In this document: piece after piece, positions 24,585 to 36,703 of the stretch | How positions within the stretch are numbered: the stretch's first letter is position 1 | How the letters are laid out: every line of letters starts with the position of its first letter | From: Laetmonice hystrix | Lineage: Eukaryota | DNA length: 64,000 nucleotides | Direction of reading: 5' to 3' | Assembly (NCBI GenBank): GCA_965235115.1 | Contig: OZ249440.1 | Span: forward strand, 33,482,001-33,546,000 | Notes under the pieces: model-generated | Databases searched by the model: none | What the model saw: only the letters and a program-made list of their open reading frames with translations | Told to the model about the DNA's origin: nothing | Made by a program: the position numbers and the translations under genes

Positions 24585-25843
24585 CAAGGTGGTTTGACAG
24601 GCAAACGCCCCCTACTTTTAATTTTTGGGGAAAGGCTGCGACTACGGCAAGATGTAGCGTCAGCCATTTCAACATCTTGAAGATGCTGAAACTTGTTGGT
24701 TAGTGCTATTGCACTTGTGTTGGAGGCTGCCTTGGGCAGCCGGTCTGTCATTATTTTCTTTTTCATTTTATCTTTAGTTGAAGACTGAGTGGGTGAGTCT
24801 TTTTGGGTGGAAGTGGGGGGTTTTCTCGGTCCGGCCTGTGGAGGAGGAACCGAGGTTGTCTGGCTCTGGGTTGAAACGGCTTTTTTCGGTGGTTGACTTG
24901 TGCTGTCAGTGGGATCAGTGTAGGTCGCAGGCACATCCCTCTTGACCCACACCATCTCCGTTTGACAGGCGAAAGTCCGTGTGGTAGGCTTGGTGGCAGC
25001 AGCATAGGTTTTAATGGTTGGTGGAAGCATATACTGCTCCACCAACTTGCGTGCCTCTGGAAAGCTGATCTTTCTTTCCGTCTTTACCTTCAAAATTTCT
25101 TTTTCTTTTTTCCATACGGAACAGTCACGAGAAGTGGCAGAGTGGTCCTCCCCACAGTTTGCACATTTTGGGGGTTTTTGACATTCCAGATGGTCATGGC
25201 CAGTCTCAGCACAGCGAGAACACTTCTGCTGATTCCAGCACGAGTCAGTCCCATGCCCAAACCTCTGGCATTTATAGCATCTCAGAGGGTTTGGGATATA
25301 GGCATCCACCTTTACTTTCAAAAAGCCAATCTCGAGTTCCACTGGTACAGTGGGCCTGTCGAAAGTGAGAAAATAGGTGTGTGTCTTTATGGTTTCACCA
25401 TCCCGTTTCACAATCAATCTTTTCACTTCCGACACACCTTGCCAGCTCAACCCAGCAAGGATCTCCTGTTCAGTTGTCGTGTCAAGAGAGTTTGTTCGAA
25501 TCACACCCTTGCTTGAGTTGAGCGTCCGGTGACGAGAGGCCTTAATACTGTAACCTGCAAGTACTGTGGCACTCAACAGGTTCACAGATTGGGCCCTCGT
25601 GGCACACTCTACCAATAGTTGGCCAGATCTCAATCGTTTACAATCTTTGACTGTTCCAGCTATCCCCAATATGCCTTTATGTATGGCAAAAGGGGATAGC
25701 TTAGATATTGGTCGTTCAGGTTCTGCTGATTCAACAATGATGAAACGAGGCCATTCAGTCAAAGGTTCGTTCTCCACAGACCGGTCCGAGTCAGAGTCCG
25801 TTAATTTCACTAGTTTTCGTTTGGGGGGATTGTTTGATACCAT
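24584..25843 (-). CDS. I-clade ORF1, gag-like nucleic-acid-binding protein (419 aa), intact
   Basis: ATG at 25843; RCYKCQRFGH...C, CSRCAETGH...C and CANCGEDH...C knuckles; the stop overlaps the ORF2 start (TGATG). Confidence 0.92.
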   Translation of the reverse strand: MVSNNPPKRKLVKLTDSDSDRSVENEPLTEWPRFIIVESAEPERPISKLSPFAIHKGILGIAGTVKDCKRLRSGQLLVECATRAQSVNLLSATVLAGYSIKASRHRTLNSSKGVIRTNSLDTTTEQEILAGLSWQGVSEVKRLIVKRDGETIKTHTYFLTFDRPTVPVELEIGFLKVKVDAYIPNPLRCYKCQRFGHGTDSCWNQQKCSRCAETGHDHLECQKPPKCANCGEDHSATSRDCSVWKKEKEILKVKTERKISFPEARKLVEQYMLPPTIKTYAAATKPTTRTFACQTEMVWVKRDVPATYTDPTDSTSQPPKKAVSTQSQTTSVPPPQAGPRKPPTSTQKDSPTQSSTKDKMKKKIMTDRLPKAASNTSAIALTNKFQHLQDVEMADATSCRSRSLSPKIKSRGRLPVKPP

Positions 25844-27949
25844 GGTTGTGTTAGATTGTTTCACCAACCCTATTCCCCACCCTCCACGGAGCCCAACAAG
25901 GGGAAGTGCAGAGCTGCGGTAACCAGCAGTTGCAAACCAAGGATATAGGGTTGGTATACTCAAGGAATGGAACGAAAGAGGTTGTTACCATTACTCAATT
26001 GACCCTAAGCCACCGCCTTCTAGGAATAAAGAAGAAATAGTTACGATAGATGTTGCCTATTGCTTTAGAGAATTAAATCCACTGTAAAGGGTACTCAATA
26101 TAAAAAAACCTAGGGCAAGGCGTGACCAGCCGATTGATTGGATCGGGCCTCTCCAACCTCCCGTCTAGGTGAAGTAGGAGCCAAAGCACCGTGTTGGACC
26201 TGTAGAAAAGCCGCAGCAATTCACCGTCCTCAGGTACCAGGACCTCTTCCTCCACCGACACGGGTCGCGACTCACGGCAAACAAGTCGCCCCATTTATTC
26301 GCCTCTTACGAACAGCCAGGGGGGGCTGGGGAACATTCTTACCCCGGTCCCCACGGGGAGGCCATATCAGATTACACTTAGTAAATAGGCTATATATTTC
26401 CAATTCGGTTACTAGATTATTCATAGATGAGTCTAGAAATAATAATTATGATTGTAACACAAATTTGCTCCTTTTCAGAATCACATGGAAATCAAAGCAG
26501 GCCGCATGGGTTGCAATAACCCATGCGGTCAACGGCGTTGGTGTTTCTCTGAGGAGTGACGGCGAGGTGCGCCGAAAGTGGACCCACCTCTCATCGGAGT
26601 CCAAGAAGGAGGGAGAGGAGGCAAACAAGTGATTTGAAATTTGCTTTGATGTTATAAGTTAAGTGATTTCTAATAATATTTTATTACAATGAATCGATCT
26701 AAATAAAAAAAAAAGGTCATGTGTGGCACTTACCAAATCTCCCACCATATCTCACATGGTAACCTTCGTATTACAGGTGGTGGCGTTCCAATTGCCACCG
26801 GAGTAACCTCTCTAGAGGAACGTATAGCGTCCCTCATCGAAAGGAGTGCCGTCGAGGGTAGGTTCGAACGTCCATAATGCATTACTAGTCTTTCGACTTG
26901 GGCCAGGCATGTAATTACGAGTAATTTGAAAGGTAGTTTTCATAAATCATGTATATAAATATGTACACAATATAACTCCACGTGGACGATAACTTTGTTT
27001 TTCGCCCAGGTGTCGAAGGAGGCATTGAGTCGGAAACGAATGGTAATTATGCTCATAACTTTCTAATTCATATATCGATACCTTTACAATGAAAGAATCG
27101 ATACACAAACTCATTATGAGGTGCAACATTAACGAAAAACTCTGATTACTAAGCAAGACAGGTAGGATAGATCTGCATTTTCAGTGAAACGTGTCAAAAC
27201 AAAATAGACACATTCCAATAGTCACGTGACCCCTAATGTAGATCAAAATGTCTAATTTTAAATTGTTCCCATAAAAAGCCATCTTTTTCACACTCACACA
27301 AGAAGAATGGTGTTCACGAAACCCTAGTAACTACAAGATTCCACCCCCCGGGTTGGAGGGGGGCGGGGGGGGTAATCAATCATTTTACTTGTTCCGTACA
27401 TAAATTATCCCGACTCTGGTCCCAGAGATCTCCACGGCCACGGCCACGGCGCCAGAGACAGCCCCGGCTCCGGCCCCGACCCCAGCCCCAGAGATAGCCC
27501 GGGCTACCCGACGGGCGATCCCACGCCCTATTGACAGCGGTACCTCGGTAGATATGTCTCTTTATTTTGTTTCTTCATAAACAGTCATTAACATATGGTT
27601 CCTTATCTATTATGTAAACAAAACTTGCACATTTCTGTGACCTTTTTTTAAGTCTCCCTTCATTATTGAGAAATTATTAAAAATTTAATCAGCGTGGTGT
27701 TTTTCCATAATAGTCTGAAGATAGTAACAGATTGACCATGAAACCTATGATTCTTTACAAAGTAATCGAAATAATCGGGAAACTAAAAGTAAGTAATTGA
27801 AATAGTAGGGAGACAAAATATTGTGAAATCTAAAAGTAGGCTTAAAAGATATATCAGATAACTGTACGAGATCATCACAATTGTTTAATTATTCTCAGCG
27901 TGAAGTAAAGTCCTAGTATATGATGTTCGATCATTCAAACATTCAAGGC

Positions 27950-28225
27950 TGTGTGCCGGCTAGATACGTCCGAACAGTTATGTCCGAGAGGATATTATAT
28001 GTCCGCAAATATCAGCTAATATGTCTGCAAATATCAGCTGGATGTGTCCGGTACCGGATACATCTAGCTGACATATTGCGGACATATCCGGATTACCAGA
28101 CACATGTACTGATGTAGCTGACACTTGCAGACACATCCGGATTACTGGGCATATCTAGCTGATATTTGCGGACATATATCCTCTCGGACTTAACTAGCCA
28201 TTCAGACATATCTAGCCGGAACAGG
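27950..28225. mobile_element. Palindromic MITE
   Basis: TGTGCCGGCTAGATA...GTCCGAGAGGATA is mirrored by TATCCTCTCGGAC...TATCTAGCCGGAACA; internal inverted repeats. Confidence 0.6.
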
Positions 28226-28789
28226 CTGTCTGCATGGCCTAGAAGAATGCAACTTGCAGGAAATATTTCTTTTTCTTTCAGACTGCGATAACAGAGACGC
28301 ACGGGGAGATCCTTGCAGAATTGAAAAAACTTAATGCCACACATACAGAGATGTTGCAGGAGCTCCAGGCCCTCCGTCAGGTTCAGCAGTAGCGGTTGAA
28401 CCTGGACGGGGAGAGGACCTGAAGCTCCTGTGACAGTGTATCCTTCAGCAATGGCCTCACCTACCAAAATCTGTAGAGGCCCTTGTCATTGCTGGAGGAT
28501 ACACAGCACCACAACTAAACTTCTAAATTCAGCTATTTTCTGTGGAAGAAACTACGGCCTTGTCCACTGAGCTTGTGGCCATGCGATTTTCCTTGCGACG
28601 CCCATGCGATTTTGATATCAACCTTTTATTTTACTATAATTTTGAGATTAAAGGATGGAACCCATTTTCTGAAACGGAGAAGGCCAGCCAGGAAAGATTT
28701 CAGAGTGAAATTCCATCATTAAATCAAAAATCGTATGACCGTCGCAAGGGGAAACGCACGGCCTCAAGCTCAGTGGACAAGGCCTGTCA

Positions 28790-28988
28790 TGTGAACACAT
28801 GTAGAGTTTTTGCGGCAACGGCAACGATAATGCCTATCCCACTATCGGCCAGGCAGATAGTCGGATAGTCATATTGCCGTTACCGTACGCATGTGTACAC
28901 ATTCACTGGATTTCATTTTAGCGATTTTTTTGGCCACTGCCGCATTATCGTTGCCGTTGCCGCAAAAACGCTACATGTGTACACAGCT
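28790..28988. mobile_element. MITE with long TIRs (Harbinger-like)
   Basis: TGTGAACACATGTAGAGTTTTTGCGGCAACGGCAACGATAATGC and its near-perfect reverse complement at 28943-28986. Confidence 0.7.
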
Positions 28989-29038
28989 TAAGCATGATCA
29001 CAGGAGCCTCGTGCGTTCGGGTCTTTTATATACATGTA

Positions 29039-29791
29039 CAGTCAAACCTGGATAATCCGACAAACTGAAGATCCGACACCAATTAGCATGAAACCAACGG
29101 ATTACAGTACATTTTGCTTGAAATATCCGACATATTGAATTTCCGACTCCGACACCTAATTCCCCTGACCAAACATGCTAAACTGACTGTCAAAACACTC
29201 ACTAATCCGATACCTGGCTTGGCAGGACTGAGGTCCGACAATGGTTATCATTCAACTCCTGTGTAAACGTGGAAGTTGCACCTCCTCCCCCCCCCCCCCA
29301 GTCATACCTCGCGACCCATAGTCGCACCTCGCGCCCCACAGTCGCACCTCCCGCCCCACAGTCGCCCCTTCCACCCCACAGTCGCCCCTTCCACCCCACA
29401 GTCAGCATGCGTGCGCCTTATAAGGCCTCACAGTAAAACAGTCGGGCCCCAACCGAGTCTCATATTGTGTTTAATGCTTGGGCGCGAACTTGTCATGTGA
29501 TGACTTAGATAGGCCCACTGTTCATGTACCTTCATTATTTTATGTAGCCTACATGTATAATATTATTAGAGTATGAGTATATAAATGAATTGACAGAACC
29601 TTTATGGTATTATTATAGTGTGGTCCACTGCAATAGGCCTACCACTTTAGTCACTCGAACTAACAGCTCCCCCCCCCCCCACCTACCCCACCCCATCTTG
29701 GCCATCTGACCTAGATTCAACAGTCCGACATATTGAAGATCCGACACATTTTTTAAGAAACCAACATGGTCGGATTATCCAGGTTTGACTG
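29039..29791. mobile_element. Tc1/mariner-pogo-type non-autonomous element
   Basis: Perfect 23-bp TIR CAGTCAAACCTGGATAATCCGAC, TA on both sides; internal 21-bp tandem repeats at ~29295-29403. Confidence 0.9.
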
Positions 29792-30109
29792 TATAGTACA
29801 GACAGCAGGGATTCGGGTTAAGGTCAGGGATAAGGATAGGGATAGACATACGTTTTGGGAGGTGTAGAGACTGGGGTTAGGGTTACGGATAAGGTCAGGG
29901 TTATAGATCTTTACTTTCGACCTAATTTTGTGGGGTTAAGTTATCACAGGAGATGTATACCCAACGGACGAGGCTTTTCTGGTCTGATGCAGCCAGTAGA
30001 ACAAAAAAAAAACACTGGAAATTGCATAGATCTATACATCATAATGTAAACCAAAGGCAACTTTTACACCATTACTTTTATTCAGGCATTTAGACATTCG
30101 GTAATACCC

Positions 30110-30278
30110 CTTAGCAGCCCCAGCAGGCCCAAGCCCCATTCCCAGGCTCAGCCCCATTCCCAGTCTCGGCCCAAGCCCCATTCCCAGCCCAAGACCCAGC
30201 CCCATTCCCAGCCCAGCCCCAGCCTAAGACTCAGCCCCATTCCTGGCTCCGGCCCCAGCCCATTCCCAGCCCCATTCA
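30110..30278. repeat. Degenerate short tandem repeat (CAGCCCCATTCC/CAGCCC units)
   Basis: Repeated CCCCATTCCCAG and CAGCCC hexamers. Confidence 0.7.
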
Positions 30279-30575
30279 GAGACGGCCCCACGGCGACCGA
30301 CTGACCGGTCTTCTTCTGCATTCTGAATGATGGCAAAATAGACCCAATCAGCATGAATCCATTGATTCTTAAGAAAGTAATAGAAATCTTAGAAAAATTT
30401 AGACAATGTGAAAAAATTATGTAAGACGTATGTGCATATTATAATGTATTAAATTGAAGTGGACACATGCATTAAAATTGCACAAATTTGCACCAAATCC
30501 GGAATATGTAAGGGAAAAGCACCAAATAAAAGGTTAAACTGATAGGCATGCATGCGTGGTGTTGTCAATTCGTAC

Positions 30576-33407
30576 CTAATTCGCAAAGTGTGTCCGTATC
30601 AACTGTGCCCGAACACGAACACCATCCTCGTTGTCGTGGTTCTCCTTATTGTTTTCATCATCCCCATGGTCCTAAAGAAATAAATGTATCTGTTTTTCTC
30701 TTCCTCACAGCTATATTTTCTCTGTCTCTGTCTGTCTCTCTGTCTGTGTGTGTGTGTGTGTCTCTCTCTCTCTCCTGTCTCCTGACCCCTGTCCCCTTCT
30801 CTCTATCTCTCTCAAGAGAACTAAATTCCATCGAACAAGCTACCTGCTCAACTTCGGCAACCAGTTGGGGGACCTCCCCACACATGTTGTGGAGCACCGT
30901 ACAGGCCATCACACTGAGGGTACAAACTGTAGAGAGCCGCCAGAGTGGTCTAAGCATCGAAACCGCTGCTTGAGGACGCCGAAGCTGCGCTCGACGACAC
31001 AGCGCGCTCGTGATTGGCCCCGGTTGTAGGCCTCCTCACTTTCGTTCCTTGGCGCACGAATTGGCGTCAGGAGGAAAGGTCGTAAGGGGTAGGCACTGTC
31101 TCCGAGAAGCCATGCATCCCCGTACTCCCCTCCTTGAAGACGCCTGTATACGTCCGAATTCGTTAACATGAACGCATCATGCGTCGACCCGGGCCATCGG
31201 GCCACCATGTTAAGGAAATGGCCCTCGCTGTCGGCCACAGCCTGGATGTTCAGGCTGTGATAGCCCTTCCGGCACACATAGTTCTCCTCCTCATGAATTG
31301 GTGCCTGTATACATGAGTAAACCCAGTAAGGTTTCATCGAATTTGCACTGCATAAAAATCTACAGGCATATATAAAGACGAGCTATACCGCCCGCCCTTA
31401 TTTCCTTGGAATTATCAGATATGTAGACTCTATATACTTTAGGTATTAATGTTTGGCAATAACATACTTTTATGGGAATGTGGGTCCCGTCAATAGCTCC
31501 CACACACTGCGGGAAGCCGAACCTCTCGAAAAACCCTTGCATTGTGTGCAGCCTCTCATTAATACCATGTGGCATCCTTATGTAGTTGCTTCTGTTATAA
31601 TGATATAATTATTATGTTAAATGCTTTGTCGGTATACGAATGCATAACTACAGTCTGTTCGCTCTAAGAAGAGCTTGACCTCGGCCTCATTATAAGTTGT
31701 GACCTGCCCCCTCCTCCCGTCTACCCACAGCTGGCGTATCACAAGTCGTCACCGCCTGTCACTCAAGAATGGCACCAAACTCCGTGTGGTTCTGTATTAC
31801 CCCAAATGGAGTGCTCACCCCAGCTTTACATCCTCCCGCGGGCAGCCGTTATGGCCCGCGGCCTGTATTTGGACACGTTGGAGGAGTGGGGCAGGAGGGT
31901 CATGAATATGCTCGAGCTCTTCTTAGAGCGAACAGACTGTATATCTATAGTATAACCGATTTGTATTCATATATAGGTCTATTCCTCCTTTGCACCCTTC
32001 TGATAGACCCACATTTCACGCGCAGCTTGATTTATCAAGGCATAATAGGTTAAACAAAATACACCCCCCCCCCCCCCCCCACACACACACAACTAACTTT
32101 TCTCTTTCCGGGAATTCTCAAAGTAAATGGGTTACGATTGATGCCCGTGCATTTAAAAAAAGAAAATCATTCACTGCCATATCTATCCCTCAACCTTTGT
32201 ACCCTTCTGATATAGGCCCACATTTTGCGCGAAGCTTGATTCATCAAGGCTAAACATCAAGGTTAAACATAAACTACTCACTCACACAGCATCCACTCAG
32301 TCACTCCCATAACCATAACATGATCAGAGAACGGTGAATTAGTATAGGATCAAACATGACTGACCGTTGATCGGCAATGTGGCGGGTCACCTGGCGAATA
32401 ATCCTGCATGCTGAGGACTTAGATATACCATGCAGGTCGCCGACCTCCCGCAGGAAGCCTCCCGTCCCCAGAAACCGCAAGGTTACCAATACCTATAACG
32501 TTACACACAGAGAGGTCAGGCTATGGCCTATATAGTCAAAGGTGCAGAAGAGCGCCAATTAGGACTGTCCTTTATTTCACAGAGTTTGGCGGCCTTGCCT
32601 TACCTACCTCCAATACACGGTATAGTGGGTCTATACGCTATACCTAGTCTTATTGTAAAATGCATGAAATACTCGGCCCAAACGCCAAAGTAAAACAGCA
32701 GTCCATTCTACTATTTCTAGCCTACGTATACCAACACTGGCGCGGATTTCACTAAGGGGGGGGGGGGGGGGTACAGAAAAGCAATTTATGATTGTTTGCA
32801 TTAGGCCTACTAGATCTAATTAAAGTGCATGCTCTTGAATGAGAGTTTTAGAGGTATCGGGGTTTCCGTGAGATACACCGTCAGTGTTAAAATTAATTAA
32901 AAATGAGTAGGCTATAGCTGTGTATAGGCCTAATTAGTGAAGCTAAATGGGGGCACGTGCCCCCTGTGCCCCCTGGATCCGCCTTTGTACCTACACTACA
33001 GTATAGGCTGCAGCTTATACAGGAAGACCAATGTTCGAAATTATTCATTATTCATCATTATTCGAGGAGTATAGTTTCAAATGCATAGGCCCTACACAGT
33101 GACTCCCCTATAGGCTATACCATTCACCATGAATCATATTGAAAAATAATTGAATGGCCGTTTCAGGGGTTAGCAACTGTAGTCTGTACGGTACCTGCAA
33201 GTACACGGGAATGGCCCGACATCTCGACGTTGGGCGTCGTAAGGCGTCCTCCAGTAGGTCCACCAAATAAAAAATTTTGTCCGAAGGCAAACGATAGCGA
33301 TGGACAATTTGAGTTTCTGCTAACCCTTCTAGGGGGTTAGTCCGGTCCCGGATAACACGCGGTATTCTCTGCCGCTCAATCTCCGCCGCTGCTAGGAAGG
33401 CCGCCAT
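30576..33407 (-). pseudogene. Harbinger (HARBI1-like) DDE transposase, five exons, frameshift near 30912
   Basis: Exons 33407-33195, 32492-32365, 31591-31468, 31304-~30844 and ~30671-30576 with GT-AG ends. Motifs LRFLGTG, GFPQCVGAIDGTHIPI, RKGYHSLNIQ, WPGSTHD, LLGDSAYPL, VERSFGVLKQRFRCL and ACTVLHN. Confidence 0.9.
31651..31939. mobile_element. TA-flanked MITE in intron 2 of the Harbinger transposase
   Basis: 25-bp TIR CAGTCTGTTCGCTCTAAGAAGAGCT, TA on both sides. Confidence 0.88.
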
Positions 33408-33459
33408 GCTGAGTGACGGTTTGAAGCACAAAACAGTTTGAAAAGAAAAAAACGTGATT

Positions 33460-33695
33460 TTACGACAGCGCAATGTTGTCGTAGGATTAGGACGTAATCT
33501 ACGACACTTTCGAGCCTACGACACTTTTTCGTGAAACACTTGCCGCGGGAAAAAGACAAAAGTTACGACCTTTTCCCCAAAACGGTCCTACGACACTTTC
33601 ATGAAACGCCTGGAATGAGGAATAGGTCGAAACTCGATAACTTACGACCTATTCCTCAAAATTTGGTCCTACGACACTTTCGTGAAACGGGCCCC
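33460..33695. repeat. Harbinger terminus with subterminal repeats
   Basis: Ends ...TTTCGTGAAACGGGCCCC; (C)TACGACACTTT repeated at ~33499, 33516, 33588 and 33669; the partner TIR was not found. Confidence 0.75.
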
Positions 33696-33889
33696 AGATC
33701 TGGTGGTTGGTAGTGCCACCGAATGCTACCCTGTAGGAGAGGCGTTCTCTACCCCAGGAGTGGACCTTTCCATCTCGGAAGGCGTAAGTATCTGACAGAT
33801 GAAAGCCATTTCAGCAGAAAAAATGTCAAACCAGGAGTGGGCAGGACAGATCACCTCGGTGTCGCAGAATATGCCGTAACACCTGGTAG

Positions 33890-34320
33890 AACTCTTCCAA
33901 CGGTCCATAACCGACCTGACCCAATCAGTAAATGTAGGTAACCTTCTCATTTCCTCTGAAATCATCTTTGCAAAACAGGATTTGGATATAGGTTTCCTGC
34001 AAGAGATTCAGCCCCATATCAATACCGGCAGTGCAGCACCGGTACACCATAAAATGAGGACTCCTTTTGGGTTCGAAGCGGAAGAGAGAAAACATCTTGA
34101 AACACTCCTAGATGCCAAAGTCGTACAACCATTGGAATCAGAGTGGGCGTCAGCCCCGGTGTTGGTGCAGAAGAAGGATGAGTGGTGCATTGACTACCGA
34201 ACATCGAGGACTGCCTCCACAACCTAGCTGGGACACAACATTTGTCGACCCTCGATATGGCCTCTGGATATTACAAGATCCAGAGGACCAAAAGAAGACA
34301 GCTTTCGTCACCAGGTATGC
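33890..34320 (+). pseudogene. Gypsy/Ty3 pol fragment (N-terminus of RT), decayed
   Basis: HINTGSAAPV..., SEWASAPVLVQKKD, WCIDYR and EDQKKTAFVT. Confidence 0.8.
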
Positions 34321-34755
34321 AGTGGTGTTGATTTTTTTTCAGCAACTGGTAGCCTGTGACTAAGCATCAGGAGAGAACCCACTAGCCCAAACTTTCTGTC
34401 TACTAGCCCGAATTCTGTTTTGAATTTGATAATGACACTGGCTGTGAATCTTGAGAAAGATTTGAGAAGTCCCGCCATGATGATGATGCAGGTTGAGACT
34501 TTCGCGTGATGGAAAAAGTAGCTCTGTCGACGATCAAATAAACACGCAGTGCCTATGGCTCTGGTATTGAGAGCACTGAAATTTTGTGTCGCACAACGGT
34601 GTTGATATTGGAAAATGGTGAACATTGGGTGGTCGGAAGCCGCTAATGGAGAGACTTTACCCTCCATGGAGGTGACAACCTGGCCAGATGACTTTTCCCC
34701 AGCTAAAAATGCATGACATCATGATTGATTTACATTATGATCGAACCAGGATCCA

Positions 34756-35669
34756 GGGGGGTGTTTCAATAAACTTGACTTGTCCGACTGGGTCGGGCCA
34801 TCCGTCGCTTGAAAAGTCGGACATACGACGGACAGTGCCCGTCAGGTGTTGCAATAAACATGTCCGACGATGGTCCGACGGAGTCGGACTGTCCGACGCT
34901 GCCATGCCGACATGACAATAGACAAAGAGCGACGTCACAATACCACATCGAACAAACGTGCATTCCCCAAGCCTTGATCTACTTATATATTCTGGCAGTT
35001 TGTGACATACAAAAGATGTTTTGAGACATCTTCTCACTCGGCAATAGTTCCCACTGATTTTCATTGTGTGATCTTCCGTTATTAGCCTGTATGATGCAGA
35101 TTTTATATATTTAATAGATATAAAACATGTCACTTTTCGGCTAAAGATACGTTGCTAACGTTGTTCTGATCCAAGGTCAAGGTTTTCCTTCCGGGTCATA
35201 TATGGAGGTTTGAGAAGATTACGTCACAATCTAAGTGGGTCAATCTGGCACAGCCACATGCTTGCAGAATATGGGTTCACTTGTAAACAATCCATGTCTG
35301 TGAATGCTATAATTATCAGATACATCTGATAAGGGTAGGAATACAAATATGAAAACCTTCACTACAGGAGGAGTGCACTTTAAACATTAGTAAGGACGGC
35401 GGAATTTCTCAAATTGGCAGCCGAAGTTTACATGTCGAGAATCAAACAGTAGTTGGTCCGCCATGTTTTTTGGTCCGACCGCCGCCTAGGACAACTCCCG
35501 AGTTGTCCTAGAAAGTCGGACAGTCCGACCGGGTCGGACAGTCCGACCGGGTCGGACGCCAATCGAACGTTTATTGAAACACCCATACTGGCCATAGGCC
35601 TGTCCAACTGGGTCGGACATGGTCCGTCGCCCGGTCGGACAGTCCGACGCTGATATTGAAACACCCCCC
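34756..35669. mobile_element. Non-autonomous Harbinger-like element
   Basis: TIR GGGGGGTGTTTCAATA / TATTGAAACACCCCCC; many subterminal GTCCGAC/GTCGGAC heptamers at both ends. Confidence 0.8.
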
Positions 35670-35689
35670 TGGATTTCAGGTAGTCAAAG

Positions 35690-36220
35690 AGAACATTGAG
35701 CTAGTAGCCCTAGGACGCATGTCCTTGGTCTACTCCGGTAGCCCGATCCAAGAATTCAGTAGTCAATCTAGACGACGTAAAGCTACTTCAAAATCGTAGA
35801 TTTATGTGAGATGTGACCTGTGACCCAGTCCTTAAGAAGGGCAAAGGTCATCAGCTAAATTTTGATACAAAACTATTAAGGAACTTTAACTTTTCCAGTA
35901 TCTGAGAGATAATTGCCCTATTGCTATTTGTGTGGTCTTGACAGTTGACAATGTGAAGTGCTTTTTGACGTGTATAACACGTCATAACTCGGCAGCATGA
36001 TGGCCCATGACGTACTGCCTGATATGGAGAGGTAGTCATGACATGGCCAACCTACCAGGCAAGTTTCATCCAGATACCTTGAGAACTGACTGAGAAACGG
36101 CCATTGTCTAACTACGACGATAATAAAAAAAAATAATAATAAATAAATAAAAAAAAAATAGAGAAGACGAACGCACACAAGAACAACATCCCATTTCCCT
36201 GTAAGGGAAATGGGATAATA
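35690..36220 (+). mobile_element. Helentron-associated (HINE-like) non-autonomous element
   Basis: GTGACCT/AAGGTCA core, simple-repeat tract and perfect 13-bp terminal hairpin ATCCCATTTCCCT-GTA-AGGGAAATGGGAT (36188-36216); 5' boundary uncertain. Confidence 0.5.
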
Positions 36221-36703
36221 AAGCCACAAAGATATCGCCATTTGAGGCCATGTTTCACAGAAAACCCCGGTTCTTCTGCGAGAACGACGACAGTGATGAT
36301 TTCTCCTGTCAAATACCAACGTCTAGCGACCTTCAAAAGTATGTGGAACATGCCCAACGTGATGCCATCAATGCAAAGGTAGCTGCTACATGACTAAGAA
36401 CTCTGGCAAGAAAATGCTTACAGTTCGATAAATCACACTATTGACTGGTTATTTGTAACCGAACAACTGCTTGTCTTTTAACTCTTTTATATATGTTTTA
36501 ATTTTAATTTTTTTTATGGGTTCGTTGTACATAAGTGTTGTGTCGCTTGCCATTATAAAAAAGTTATTTTAAAAAGAATGTACCACCGCATCACCTTCGA
36601 GATTTCTTCATACCGTAAATTGGAATTTGTGGTCTTTGGAACCCAATAAGTAAAAATATATTCCAGATGTAAACTAACAAACTCCATTGATCCTTTCCAA
36701 ACA

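Larger units (their letters stand above)
17606..26358 (-). mobile_element. Head-to-tail dimer of I-clade LINEs: full-length copy (~20723-26358) plus 5'-truncated copy (17606-~20722)
   Basis: A single 13-bp TSD AGGCCATATCAGA at 17593-17605 and 26359-26371 encloses both; internal (AC)n tail at ~20723-20742; terminal (ACTC)n tail at 17606. Confidence 0.95.
17400..28392 (+). pseudogene. Harbinger Myb/SANT-like DNA-binding protein gene, multi-exon; intron 1 contains the I-clade dimer
   Basis: Exon 1 17400-17497 (MSRNPNWNEQEVEVLVQEVERRRAIIQG) splices in phase (GG|A) to exon 2 at 26479 (ITWKSKQAAWVAITHAVN...EVRRKW). Later exons ~26777-26857 (GGG...LEERIASLI...VEG), ~27400-27547 (Pro/Ala-rich) and ~28282-28392 (coiled coil). 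Convergent with the transposase. Confidence 0.72.

Noticed and set aside
30576..33407. Domesticated host HARBI1 gene
   Set aside because: A transposon terminus with subterminal repeats, a linked Myb/SANT partner and a frameshift indicate a decayed transposon.
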